From the human T2T-CHM13v2.0 reference genome, Homo sapiens, in the NCBI RefSeq assembly GCF_009914755.1, contig NC_060947.1: 64,000 bases of DNA; one strand, 5' to 3'. Position 1 is the stretch's first letter. Every line of letters begins with the position of its first letter. The notes under the pieces are model-generated. The model saw nothing but the letters and a program-made list of their open reading frames with translations. It made no database searches and was not told where the DNA came from. Below, piece by piece: positions 1 through 15,572 of the stretch. Both the position numbers and the translations under genes were made by a program.

Positions 1-1991
1 AGCCCACTTCTTCTACCTCCCATAACTTAGTGACAACACTAGGTTTGAGCTTCGAAGCCACAATACAGAAACCAGTTTTCTCCTTTATTCTCATGTCACC
101 AACAGTGACAGCCATGCACCTCACAACTGAAAAAAGCTCCTGTCTCCAACCGGCCCTCTTCATGCTTCATTTCTCCAGACTGAGCAACCTTCCCACCCTC
201 TGTGTAACTAATTGGCTTAGAGATATTACTGCCTCACCAGTGGGCTAGGAAACTGAGCTCTTGCCTTCAGCTTTCATTGCTTTTCCAGGCATGGCGGAGC
301 AGTAGTAGGTGGCAGCTGTGTCCCAAAATGTTTCCATTCTCTCTCCCTTCCTCCCTCCTTTCTTCTCTTCTTCTGATCCTGTCCAAGACTGACAGGCGTT
401 ATGGGAGCACTGTCATTTTGCTGCTTTGAGTCCCCCAAAACCAACATGTTGAACATTGCTCTATACACATCATACAGAGGGCACATTAGTTTTGCTTGGT
501 GAGCACACCCTAATTGGGTTCCCAGAGGGAAATTCTAATGCCAGTGCAGAGAATTAAGAACCAGCCAACAGATGGGGTGAGAAGCATGATGAGGAGGGTG
601 GCAGCCAGGGCCACATCTTCTGGAGTCTATATCAACCATGAGACTGACAGGTTGGATCTGGGGGAAGCAGCTAAGCTCCCAGTGGAAAGATTGGATCAGA
701 TGGCAGAATGAAGTCATTTTTCACAATATTTACAAAGTAAATATCTGCCCACTCAGGGATACCTTTGCAGAATATGAAAGCAGCCACTTTGGACCTGCTA
801 TTTTGTTTTGTTTTGTCACTTTTTGAGGGGGTGGGGGAAGGAGGGTATTTTCCTCCTGGGTTCCTTGGACATAGACTCAAGTCATGAGGCCCATATTCCT
901 ATCCAAGATATCCCAGCCTAATAATCCCCAGCCTGTGGGTTGCAGACTCCTTACTGCAAGTAGTCCACAAATCCACATGCTTCAATGTTCCATACTTTTG
1001 TAATTGGGTAACTTTCTGAGGTACCTTTTTTTTTTCCGAGAACCTTCTTTGAAGTCTCAGTTATTAGTTTTTCTCTTTTCTCTAAGCAAGAATTATTCCC
1101 TTAATGATCTCATCCAGTCCCCAAGGTTTACTATCTTAATCCCTTCCCCCCAACTCTACTGCCAAACCCTCTCCACCTGCAGCCTTCACCATATTAACAC
1201 CTTTACATCATCCTTGACACTTCTCTTTCTCTCACATCTTACATGCGTCTGTTAGAAAATTCTGTTCTACTTTCAAAACACTATGTATCCAGAATCCAAC
1301 TGCTTCTCTCTACCTTTACGTTACTGCTATCATCCTAGTCGGAGCAATTATCCATTTATTCCTGGATTTATGCAGAAGTTTCCTAGCTGTTCTCCCTGCT
1401 GCCACCCTTGCCCTTCAAAGTTTGTTCTTAACAGCCAAGTGATGCTTTATTCTAATTGAAATTTTTATTGAGCTAATTGTAGATTCACATGCAGTTGTAA
1501 GAAATAATTTAGAGAGACCCATTGACACTTTGCTAAGCTTCCCAAATAGCAGCATTTTGCAACACTATAGTATAATATCACAACCAAGATACCGATACAC
1601 TGATACAAATCACTAATTTGATTCTGATTTCTCCAGTTTTACTTTATACTTGTGTGTGTAGTAAGTTCTATACAATTTTATCACGTGTAGATTCACAAAT
1701 TTAGCACCAGTCAAGATACAGAACATTTCCACAAGGATCCTTTGTGTTGCTCTTTTATAGCCATGCACACAACCCTCCTGTGCACCCCACAGTCCCATCC
1801 CTAAACTCTGGCAACCACTAACCTGTCATTCATTTCTAATATTTGGCATTTCATAATGTTCTATGAATGGGATTATACAGTGTGTCACCTTTTGGGATTG
1901 GCCTTTTAAAAAATTTAGCATAATTCTCCAAGTTGTGTTTATCAATAGTTCATTGCCTTAATTGCTGAGTAATATTCCAAATATTCCATGG

Positions 1992-2286
1992 TATATTAGT
2001 TTGATAGGGCTGTCATAACAAAGTACCAAAAACTACATGGCTTAAAACAACAAGAATTTGTTGCTCTACAGCTCTGGAGGCTAGCTGTCCCAAATCAAGT
2101 CAGCTGTCTCTGAAACTGTCATGGTAGAATACTTCCTTGTCATTTCCTAGCTACTAGTAGTGGCTGGCAATCTTTGGCTTGCAGCTGCCATCAGTCCAAT
2201 CTTTGCCTACATTATCACATAACCATCTTCATGTCATCTTCCCTCTGTGCATGTTTGTCTCTGTGTCCAAATTTCCCCTCTTTATT
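1992..2286 (-). mobile_element. MLT1-family MaLR LTR (partial) nested in old L1
   Basis: 'tattagtttgatagggctgtcataacaaagtacca...ggcttaaaacaacaagaattt...ctctggaggctag' matches a MLT1 terminus. Confidence 0.75.
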
Positions 2287-2652
2287 TTATTAAGGAGAGG
2301 AGGGCAAGGGAACTTCTGGGGGAACGAGGGATCAAAGAGGAAGCTTAAGTGTCTAGGTTATATCACTGAGCAGCAGAGACTCTGAAGGGTAACAGTGGCT
2401 TAGAGTCTTTAGCCCTGTGGTTTGTCTTATCTCTGGCTAACAGGTGTTGGATGCAGTTTTGTGGAGTATGCAAAGCAGGAAGGCTCTAAATGAGTAAATA
2501 TCTGTTTATTTGAGCTACATTTATAACAAAAGAATGTGTGAAAATTTGACCTTAGTACTGATGGGCTTTTGAGCTAATAAATCCTGGCTTGTGAAAAAAA
2601 TAAACAAGATAGGGCTAACATACAGAGGCCATCTTTGACTCATTTGTATAAC
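2287..2652 (-). mobile_element. Probable ERV LTR fragment (family not assigned)
   Basis: Ends in '...ggccatctttgactcatttgtataaca' (TG start on the minus strand). The L1 sequence resumes immediately after. Confidence 0.45.
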
Positions 2653-5600
2653 AGTGGGTCATATGGAAACTACATTTAATATGTTGAAGAAGTACCAAAC
2701 TGTTATTCAGAGTGGCTACATTCTCACCCGTAATGTATGAGTGATCCAGTTTCTCCTCATCCTTGGCAGCATCTGATGTTGTCACTATTTTTTATTTTAG
2801 CTAAGCTGATAGTAGTGTAGTGATATATCATTGTGATTTTTTTTCACATTTCTTTAATCACTAATAATGTTGAATATCTTTCCATGTACTTATTTGCCAT
2901 CTGTATATCATCCTCAGTGAAATGTCTGTTTATGTCTTTTTTCTATTATTTAATTGGATTTTTTAAACTGCTGAGTTTGGGTTACTCCTATACTCTAAAT
3001 ATTGTCCTTTCTGGATATGTGGTTTGCAGATATTTTCTCCCACTCTGTAGCTTGTTGTTTCATCCTCTTAATAGGGTCCTTTGCAGAGAAAAAGTTTTTT
3101 ATTTTGATGAAGTCTTATCAATTTTTTCCTTTTATAAATTGTATTTTTAGTGTCAAATTTAATAAATCCTTGTCTAGCCTTAGACCCTGAAGATTTTCTC
3201 CTACTTAAAAAACTTTTTTAAAAAGTTTTATAATTTTATGTTTTACATTGAAGTCCATGATCCATTTTGAACTTTTATAAGGTATGAGGTTTAAGTTAAG
3301 GGTCATTTGTTGTCTATGAATGTCCAATACCTCTAGCACCATTTGTTACAAAGTTTATCCTTCCTCCAGTGATATATTTTGACAACTTTGTCAAAAATTA
3401 CTTGGACACATTTGTGTGGGTCCACTTCTGAGTTCTCTATTCAGTTCCATTGATCTATGTGCCTATCCCTCTGCCAATTCCACAACCTTGATTATTGAAG
3501 GCATATATTAAAACCTTCATATTATTTAACATTTATTTATTATTTATAATAATACTTAGTATTTAATATTTAATAGTAAAGCTTTAATATTGGGTAGATT
3601 GATTATCCCTACTTTGTTTTTCTTTGTCGAGATCATTTTACATATTGTAGGGCCTGCACCCATCCATATAAATTTTAGAATAAACTTTTCCATGTCTACA
3701 AGGAAACTTTGCAGATATTTTTATAGGAATTGCATTAAACCTGCAAATCATTTGGAGGGAGAATTGACATTTTTACTATGTTGAATCTTCTATTCCATGA
3801 GCATGTTATTCCATTCCAATTATTTAGCTATTTTAAAAATTTCTTTCATTTTATTATTTTCAGCTTACAGATCCTGTTCAAGTTTTGTTAAGTGCATATG
3901 TCAGTATTTCATTTTATTTGGAGTGATTGCAAATGATATTTTGTTTTTAATTTCAGTGTATACATGCTCATTGTTAGTATACAGAAATGCAATTTATTTT
4001 TGTGCATTGGTCTTATAAACTGAAACTTTGCTGAACTACCTATAATTTCTAGGAGTTTAAAAAATTCCCTCAGATTTATTACTTAGGCCATCATGTCATC
4101 TGTAAATAGGGAAAATAGGAATAATTGTGTTTTTTCATTTCTGATTTCTAGGCCTTTTATTCCTTTTGCTTGCCTTAATGCAGAGGCCAGGATTTCCACT
4201 ACTAAGTTGAATGAGAAAGGCAAGAGTACATATCCTGGCTTTGTTCTCAATTTTAGAGGAAAGCATTCAATCTTTCACCGCTAAGCATTGTTACCTATAG
4301 GTTTTTTTGTAAATGCTCTTTATCAAGTTCTCAATCATATAATGAGACATACTCTGTTCATGGATTAGAAGACTTATTAGGAGAGTTAAGATAGTAAATA
4401 TGTCAGTTCTCCCCCAAATGATCTATAACTTAATTCCCCTCCTATTCCTAATTTTCTAAAACTTTTTATCATAAATGGGTTTTGAATTTTGTCAAACCTG
4501 TTTTCCACATTAATTGATATAATCATGATTTTTCTTCTTGAGCCTGTTGGCATGAGTTATAATATTTGATTTTCAGTTATTCAACTAGTCGTGCATACGT
4601 GGAATAAATCTCACTTGTTATAGGTGTATAATTCTTTTTTTACATTGTTAGATTCTGTTTGCTAACATTTTGTTGAGGGTTTTTGCATCTAGTTCATCAG
4701 AGACCTTGTTCTGTAGTTGCTTTTTTTGTATTATCTTTACACGGTTTTTGCTATCAGGGTAATAATGGCCTCATAAAATGAGTTGGGAAGGGTTCATCCA
4801 GTTTCTATTTTTTGGAAGATGTTTTGTAAATTCGGTATAAATACTTCTTTAAATGGGAGGTTTTCTGGGAGGTTTTAAATTATGAATTCTTTCTTTGATG
4901 ATTATAGGGATATTCAGATTGTGTATTTCATCTTGGTTGAGTTTTGATAGTTTGCGCTTTTTGAGGAGTTGGTCCATTTCGTCAAATTTGTGTGTATTGA
5001 GTTCTTTGTAGCATTCCTTTATTCTCTTTTGATGTTTTCAGGGTCTGTAGTGATATCCTCTGTCTGATTCCTGATATGGGTAATTTTTACATTCTTTCTT
5101 TTTTCTGTCAATTTTGCTAATGGTTTGTTAATTTTATTGGCCTTTTCAATGAACCAGCTTTTTGTTTCATTAATTTCATCTATTTTTCTGTTATTAATTT
5201 CATTGATTTCTATTCTTGTGTTTATTATTTAATTTCTCCTCCCTGCTTGAATTTATTATTTTGTCTTCTTATTCCCTGAGGTAGGAACTTATTGATTTGA
5301 CATATTTTCTCATTTCTAATATAAACATTTAGTGTTATAAATTACCTTCTCAGTATCACTTTAGCTGCTTACCACAAATTTTGATACGTTGCATTTTCAT
5401 TTTAATTCAGTTCAAGGTATTTTTTAATTTACCTTTAGACTTCCTCCTTGACCCATGGGCTATTTACAAAAGTGTTGTTTAGTTTCCAAGTGTTTGTTTA
5501 TCTTTCTGTTACTGATTTCTGGTTTGATTCCACTGTGGTCAGTGAATACATTCTGTATGATTTCAATTTTTAAAAATTTATTGAGTCTCACTTTATGTAC

Positions 5601-5961
5601 CAGAACATGGTCTGCTTTGGCAAATGTTCCACAGTGTCTTGAAAAGAATGTGTATTCTGCTGTTTTGGGGTGAGGTTCTCCACACACATCAATTAGACCT
5701 TGTTGGTTGAGTGTGTTTTTCAGATATTCTATATCCTTGATGATGATTTTCTGTCTCGTAACTGTGTCAGGTGTTAATAAGAGGGTGTTGAATTCTTCAA
5801 CTATAATTAAGGATTTGTCTATTTCTCCTTTTATTTCTGTCCATTTTTGTTTCATACATTTTGAGATTCTGTATTTTGGTGCATATAGGGTGATGCTTTA
5901 AAATCCTAAATTAGATTATGCTTTTCCTCCACTACAAAACCTCACAATGATTCCCTATTTC

Positions 5962-6238
<277 letters not shown>

Positions 6239-7042
6239 TCATTCAGAACAATTGATCAAGTTCTTATAATATTCTATAGGGTTCTACAAGATCTGGCTCC
6301 CGGTAACATCTCCAACTTCATTTCCCACTGTTTTCCCCCACACTTACTCTGCTGCTGCCACACTGGCTTCCTTGAACAGAACAGGCACACTGTCTCCTTC
6401 GGGCCTTTACTGTAACTCTTCATTCTGCCAGGAATGCTCCTCCACCTTGGAATGGGGGTCTGGGGTATAGTTATTGTAAAAATTGTTAGCTTTACATATC
6501 AGGGAAGCCAAAGCCTGGAGAGGGTAAACATCAATAACAAACAGTGTATAATTGGCAGAGCCGGTGTATTATGGAGATCAAAAGGTGAGCCTGAAGAAAA
6601 GCAGTGAGAGAAAATGAATGAAGAGGGATAAACAGCATCAGCTCTGGTTTTAAATATAGGAAGAACTGATACCCCAAATTCCCTCATTTTAAAACGTCTC
6701 TTCCAGCAGCCTGGCATTAGCTCTGAAATTCCAGCAGTATACTTTTTTGGGATAAGCATGTAAAGGCTATTGTAAAGGAATCCTGCAGTATAAAACTTTG
6801 TATAACAGATTTTGTTTTAGAACAAACTTTGTATACTTAGATTTCACCAAGAGATTCACAAAATTATTTGACAATAGAACATCTCCCCAACCCCATGACT
6901 GTCTCACAAAATCCATTTTGGAAAACAATCATTGAAAGCTTTGTGTTTCCAGAAAACTCCTGCCAAAAGGCTAATATTATTAGAGAGATTCACCTAGTTT
7001 AGTCTTTCCGACTCTGTGATAAATTATTTTATCCAATTAACT

Positions 7043-7258
7043 TAGGAGATGCAAACTATGGCAAAGGCCTCAGTCCTCCCCCGATTTTGTAAAATAAAGT
7101 TTGATTGGAACATAGCCATGTCCATTTATTTCTGTATTGTCTGTAACTGCTTTTGCATTATCATGGCGGAGTTGAGTAGTTGTAACAGAAACTGCATGGT
7201 CAGGAAAGCCAAAAATATTTACTATCTAACCCTTTACACAAAAGTTTGTTGAGCCCCG
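7043..7258 (+). mobile_element. MER58-type hAT-Charlie DNA transposon
   Basis: 'gcaaactatggc...taaagtttgattggaacatagccatg...gagttgagtagttgtaacagaaac...aaatatttactatct..ccctttaca.aaaagtttg'. Confidence 0.85.
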
Positions 7259-7284
7259 GGTTTACCCAATAGTAAGGCCCTGAG

Positions 7285-7840
7285 ATTTATCTATCGCTGC
7301 TTAACAATTGACAACAAAAGTTTGTGGCTAAAAACAACAATTCATTATTATCTATAATGGTTCTGTGGATTGGGCGGGCTCAGCTGGGAAGTTCTCAATT
7401 TGCTTCTTTCATTCAGTGACAGTCAGAGGGCAACTGGAGCTACAGTCATCTGAGAGCTAAACTGGGCTAAACATTGAAAATGGCTCACTTACATAGCTGG
7501 CAGTTGATGTTAGATTTCAGCTGGGAGCTCATCAGGAGCTGTTGACTGGAGGACCTACATGTGCTTGCTCTTTTTAGGTTGGGTTTCTCGCAGCATGGTA
7601 GGTATGTTCCCAGAGGGAGCGTTTCAAGAGTGTGAAGTAGATAATGCCAGTTGTGTTAAATCCTAGGCTTAGAACTAGTGTAATGAAACTTCTACCTTTT
7701 CCAGTTAGTCAAAGCACTCTCATGAGTTCAGACCCAAGAGGACTTGAGGAATAAACTCTACCTCTGCACAAGGAAAGGGCAACAGCATACATGGAAAGAC
7801 ATAATGACTTCTGATTATGTTGAAGACAAACTACCACCAT
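7285..7840 (-). mobile_element. MLT1-family MaLR LTR
   Basis: 'tggctaaaaacaacaattcattatta...ggctcagctggg...tggctcacttacatagctggcagttgatg' resembles older MLT1 LTRs. Confidence 0.7.
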
Positions 7841-8574
7841 CTTCAATGGAGAATCAGTATGAGGTACTTGAGGAGCAGGGTGCAGCAGGTTTTCCTGGAA
7901 GGGATTTTTAGCGTGAATGAAGCCAACTGTGTTTTCACCCATGCCCATTTCATAGATAAATGTATTGAGGCTCAGAGCATTAGGAGAAGCTACTGAAAGT
8001 CGGTGTCTGTGTCACAGTGTTGGCAAGGACCTTGGTTAGCTTGCAGGAGGTGTGTAACTAACTCCAAAGAAGAGAGGGGTCTAGAGCTAACAGACTGGTA
8101 TGAGGGGGCTGATGGAACCTGAGCCTTTGAATAAAGCCCCTTCCTTTCCCTAACATTTCCTTACCCTCTACTGCTCGCTCAGGTGTGTTAGTTACTATGT
8201 AAATATCTAGGCCTTACAGACACCCTAGATTCCTGCCACTATGCCTTGTAGGCTTCTGAAGTCTTTTTCGTATCTAGACTCTGCACTCCAAATAAGCTGT
8301 GAACACTTTGAACATAGAGATCACATCTACAATTTCTTTCACTTCTGGCCCTGAGATGTCTCATATAGATGTTATATACACAGCAGATAACAGAAATTGG
8401 AGGATTATTTGAATCACAGCTAATTTCCCAGCATAGCCTGTGTAAGTAGTATTCTATGGTTTGGTCCCTGCACACTATACTAGCCTTATTTTTGAATTTT
8501 ATCCATTTTCAGTAATTGTGTTTATGCCAGACATTCAGTCATACATATTCATTCTGTCTCTCTCTTTTCTCTCA

Positions 8575-8575
<1 letters not shown>

Positions 8576-8618
<43 letters not shown>

Positions 8619-8637
8619 TACACACACACACACACAC
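8576..8637. repeat. (CT)n(CA)n compound microsatellite
   Basis: Seen directly. Confidence 0.98.
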
Positions 8638-8736
8638 TTCTGGCCTGATGAACACCCTTCCTTTCCACTCACCCACACCAGTCTACCTTTTTTGACATGC
8701 ATCAGGACTCAGCCTGAGTGTGTTAAAGAAAAAATG

Positions 8737-9642
8737 GGGGGAGGAGCCAAGATGGCCGAATAGGAACAGCTCCGGTCTACAGCTCCCAGCGTGAGCGATG
8801 CAGAAGACGGGTGATTTCTGCATTTCCATCTGAGGTACCGGGTTCATCTCACTAGGGAGTGCCAGACAGTGGGCGCAGGCCAGTGGGTGTGCGCACCGTG
8901 CGCGAGCCGAAGCAGGGCGAGGCATTGCCTCACTCGGGAAGTGCAAGGGGTCAGGGAGTTCCCTTTCCGAGTCAAAGAAAGGGGTGACGGACGCACCTGG
9001 AAAATCGGGTCACTCCCACCCGAACACTGCGCTTTTCCGAGGGGCTTAAAAAACGGCGCACCACGAGACTATATCCCACACCTGGCTCGGAGGGTCCTAC
9101 GCCCACGGAATCTCGCTGATTGCTAGCACAGCAGGCTGAGATCAAACTGCAAGGCAGCAGCGAGGCTCGGGGAGGGGAGCCTGCCATTGCCCAGGCTTGC
9201 TTAGGTAAACAAAGCAGCCGGGAAGCTCGAACTGGGTGGAGCCCACCACAGCTCAAGGAGGCCTGCCTGCCTCTGTAGGCTCCACCTCTGGGGGCAGGGC
9301 ACAGACAAACAAAAAGACAGCAGTAACCTCTGCAGACTTAAATGTCCCTGTCTGACAGCTTTGAAGAGAGCAGTGGTTCTCCCAGCACGCAGCTGGAGAT
9401 CTGAGAACGGGCAGACTACCTCCTCAAGTGGGTCCCTGACCCCTGACCCCCGAGGAGCCTAACTGGGAGGCACCCCCCAGCAGGGGCACACTGACACCTC
9501 ACACGGCAGGGTATTCCAACAGACCTGCAGCTGAGGGTCCTGTCTGTTAGAAGGAAAACTAACAAACAGAAAGGACATCCACACCGAAAACCCATCTGTA
9601 CATCACCATCATCAAAGACCAAAAGTAGATAAAACCACAAAG
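8737..9642 (+). promoter_or_regulatory. L1 5'UTR internal sense promoter and antisense promoter, YY1 site intact
   Basis: CpG-rich 5'UTR with YY1 motif AAGATGGCC at 8749-8757. Confidence 0.85.
8972..9187 (-). CDS. ORF0: L1 ORF0 (71 aa, antisense in 5'UTR), intact
   Basis: From the ATG at 9187 the frame reads MAGSPPRASLLPCSLISACCASNQRDSVGVGPSEPGVGYSLVVRRFLSPSEKRSVRVGVTRFSRCVRHPFL (71 aa), matching primate L1 ORF0. Confidence 0.85.
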   Translation of the reverse strand: MAGSPPRASLLPCSLISACCASNQRDSVGVGPSEPGVGYSLVVRRFLSPSEKRSVRVGVTRFSRCVRHPFL

Positions 9643-10659
9643 ATGGGGAAAAAACAGAACAGAAAAACTGGAAACTCTAAAACGCAGAGTGCCTCTCCTC
9701 CTCCAAAGGAACGCAGTTCCTCACCAGCAACGGAAAAAAGCTGGATGGAGAATGACTTTGACGAGCTGAGAGAAGAAGGTTTCAGACGATCAAATTACTC
9801 TGAGCTACGGGAGGACATTCAAACCAAAGGCAAAGAAGTTGAAAACTTTGAAAAAAATTTAGAAGAATGTATAACTAGAATAACCAATACAGAGAAGTGC
9901 TTAAAGGAGCTGATGGAGCTGAAAACCAAGGCTCGAGAACTACGTGAAGAATGCAGAAGCCTCAGGAGCCGATGTGATCAACTGGAAGAAAGGGTATCAG
10001 CAATGGAAGATGAAATGAATGAAATGAAGCGAGAAGGGAAGTTTAGAGAAAAAAGAATAAAAAGAAATGAGCAAAGCCTCCAAGAAATATGGGACTATGT
10101 GAAAAGACCAAATCTACGTCTGACTGGTGTACCTGAAAGTGACGGGGAGAATGGAACCAAGTTGGAAAACACTCTGCAGGATATTATCCAGGAGAACTTC
10201 CCCAATCTAGCAAGGCAGGTCAATGTTCAGATTCAGGAAATACAGAGAACGCCACAAAGATACTCCTCGAGAAGAGCAACTCCAAGACACATAATTGTCA
10301 GATTCACCAAAGTTGAAGTGAAGGAAAAAATGTTAAGGGCAGCCAGAGAGAAAGGTCGGGTTACCCTCAAAGGGAAGCCCATCAGACTAACAGCGGATCT
10401 CTCGGCAGAAACCCTACAAGCCAGAAGAGAGTGGGGGCCAATATTCAACATTCTTAAAGAAAAGAATTTTCAACCCAGAATTTCATATCCAGCCAAACTA
10501 AGCTTCATAAGTGAAGGAGAAATAAAACACTTTACAGACAAGCAAATGCTGAGAGATTTTGTCACCACCAGGCCTGCCCTAAAAGAGCTCCTGAAGGAAG
10601 TGCTAAACATGGAAAGGAACAACCAGTACCAGCCGCTGCAAAATCATGCCAAAATGTAA
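9643..10659 (+). CDS. L1 ORF1: L1 ORF1p (338 aa RNA-binding/chaperone), intact
   Basis: MGKKQNRKTGNSK...YPAKLS...LQNHAKM, canonical length, REKG and ARR motifs present. Confidence 0.97.
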   Translation: MGKKQNRKTGNSKTQSASPPPKERSSSPATEKSWMENDFDELREEGFRRSNYSELREDIQTKGKEVENFEKNLEECITRITNTEKCLKELMELKTKARELREECRSLRSRCDQLEERVSAMEDEMNEMKREGKFREKRIKRNEQSLQEIWDYVKRPNLRLTGVPESDGENGTKLENTLQDIIQENFPNLARQVNVQIQEIQRTPQRYSSRRATPRHIIVRFTKVEVKEKMLRAAREKGRVTLKGKPIRLTADLSAETLQARREWGPIFNILKEKNFQPRISYPAKLSFISEGEIKHFTDKQMLRDFVTTRPALKELLKEVLNMERNNQYQPLQNHAKM

Positions 10660-10722
10660 AGACCATCGAGAATAGGAAGAAACTGCATCAACTAACGAGC
10701 AAAATCACCAGCTAACATCATA

Positions 10723-14549
<3,827 letters not shown>

Positions 14550-14766
14550 ACAATGAGATCACATGGTCACAGGAAGGGGAATATCACACTCTGGGGACTG
14601 TGGTGGGGTGGGGGGAGGGGGGAGGGGTAGCATTGGGAGATATACCTAATGCTAGATGACGAGTTAGTGGGTGCAGCGCACCAGCATGGCACATGTATAC
14701 ATATGTAACTAACCTGCACAATGTGCACATGTACCCTAAAACTTAAAGTATAATAATAAAAAAAAA

Positions 14767-15081
14767 GACATATAGTTTAAAAAGACAAAAAATTTGGATT
14801 GAGAATAGACATAATCTTGATCCAGTACCTTGGAAGTGGCCATCTCTATTTCCTCACTTGGTAAGAAAGCGAGAAAGACGAGAGAAGGAGAAAGAGAAGC
14901 AAAGAGAATGGGGAGAAGGAAGGGAGAGAGAAAGAAAGAAATCATAAATCATAGTATTATAAAAAATGACAAAGATTGCAAATTATCTACTCAAATTTCT
15001 TTTTTCTTTCATAACAGGATGTTAGGTAATGTTCCCAGCTGAATAAAATGACATTTCATTTCTCAAAAAAAAAAAAAAAAA
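14767..15081 (+). other. L1 3'-transduced flanking DNA with its own polyadenylation signal and poly(A) tail
   Basis: Non-L1 sequence after the L1 tail. AATAAA at 15042-15047, poly(A) from 15065, then the 3' TSD copy AAAGAAAAAATG at 15082-15093. Confidence 0.9.
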
Positions 15082-15093
15082 AAAGAAAAAATG

Positions 15094-15572
15094 ATTCGTG
15101 AAACCAGTTAAAGAATGGTAAGGCAGACTTTATTCATGTGGACTGTAGTGATAGACCTAGGTACTACCACAGTGAGGTTTTGCAGTAGGCAAAAAGGATT
15201 GAGCTTAACTCTGAATACAACAAGGAAAAGTGGAGATTTATAGCCGAGCAGCAGTGGGATGGTCAGTGGATGGAAAATTACTAAGAGGAAACATCAGGGG
15301 TCAGATGGGATCCTGGCTAATCTGACCTAACAGGATTCTTGCTGAAGATAGGCCAGGGTGATCAAACATCACCTGAGGGGTGATGGAGGTTGAAGAACTC
15401 AATAAGATGTTGAGGGTGATCAGATATTGAAGATGGGGAGTTCTGGCTAAACCAATGAGCGGGATACTTGCTAAAATTGTACAACGCATAGAAGTTCAAG
15501 AGTCAAGGCCTAGTTGGGAAGAGGATTCATCAGAGCCCGACTAAAGTTGGATTAAGGAGAGGCTCTCTGTCA
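15094..15572 (-). mobile_element. MER31-like ERV1 solo LTR, split near its end by the L1 (first bases at 8721-8736)
   Basis: The reconstructed empty site 'tgttaaagaaaaaatgattc...ggtaaggcagactttattca...ggaaaattactaagaggaaacatcagggg...ctctctgtca' has TG...CA termini. Confidence 0.75.

Larger units (their letters stand above)
1455..5890 (-). mobile_element. Old LINE-1 (L1MC-type), 3' UTR plus decayed ORF2, interrupted by LTRs
   Basis: Antisense L1 3'-end motif 'ttgagctaattgtagattcacatgcagttgtaagaaataat' at ~1468. ORF 5460..5855(-) 'IIVEEFNTLL...TAEYTFFS...DHSGIKPEI' is a decayed L1 endonuclease domain. Confidence 0.85.

Noticed and set aside
14750-14790. Possible TSD directly after the first L1 tail
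   Set aside because: 'aaaagacatatag' does not match the 5' flank. The real match is at 15082-15093.
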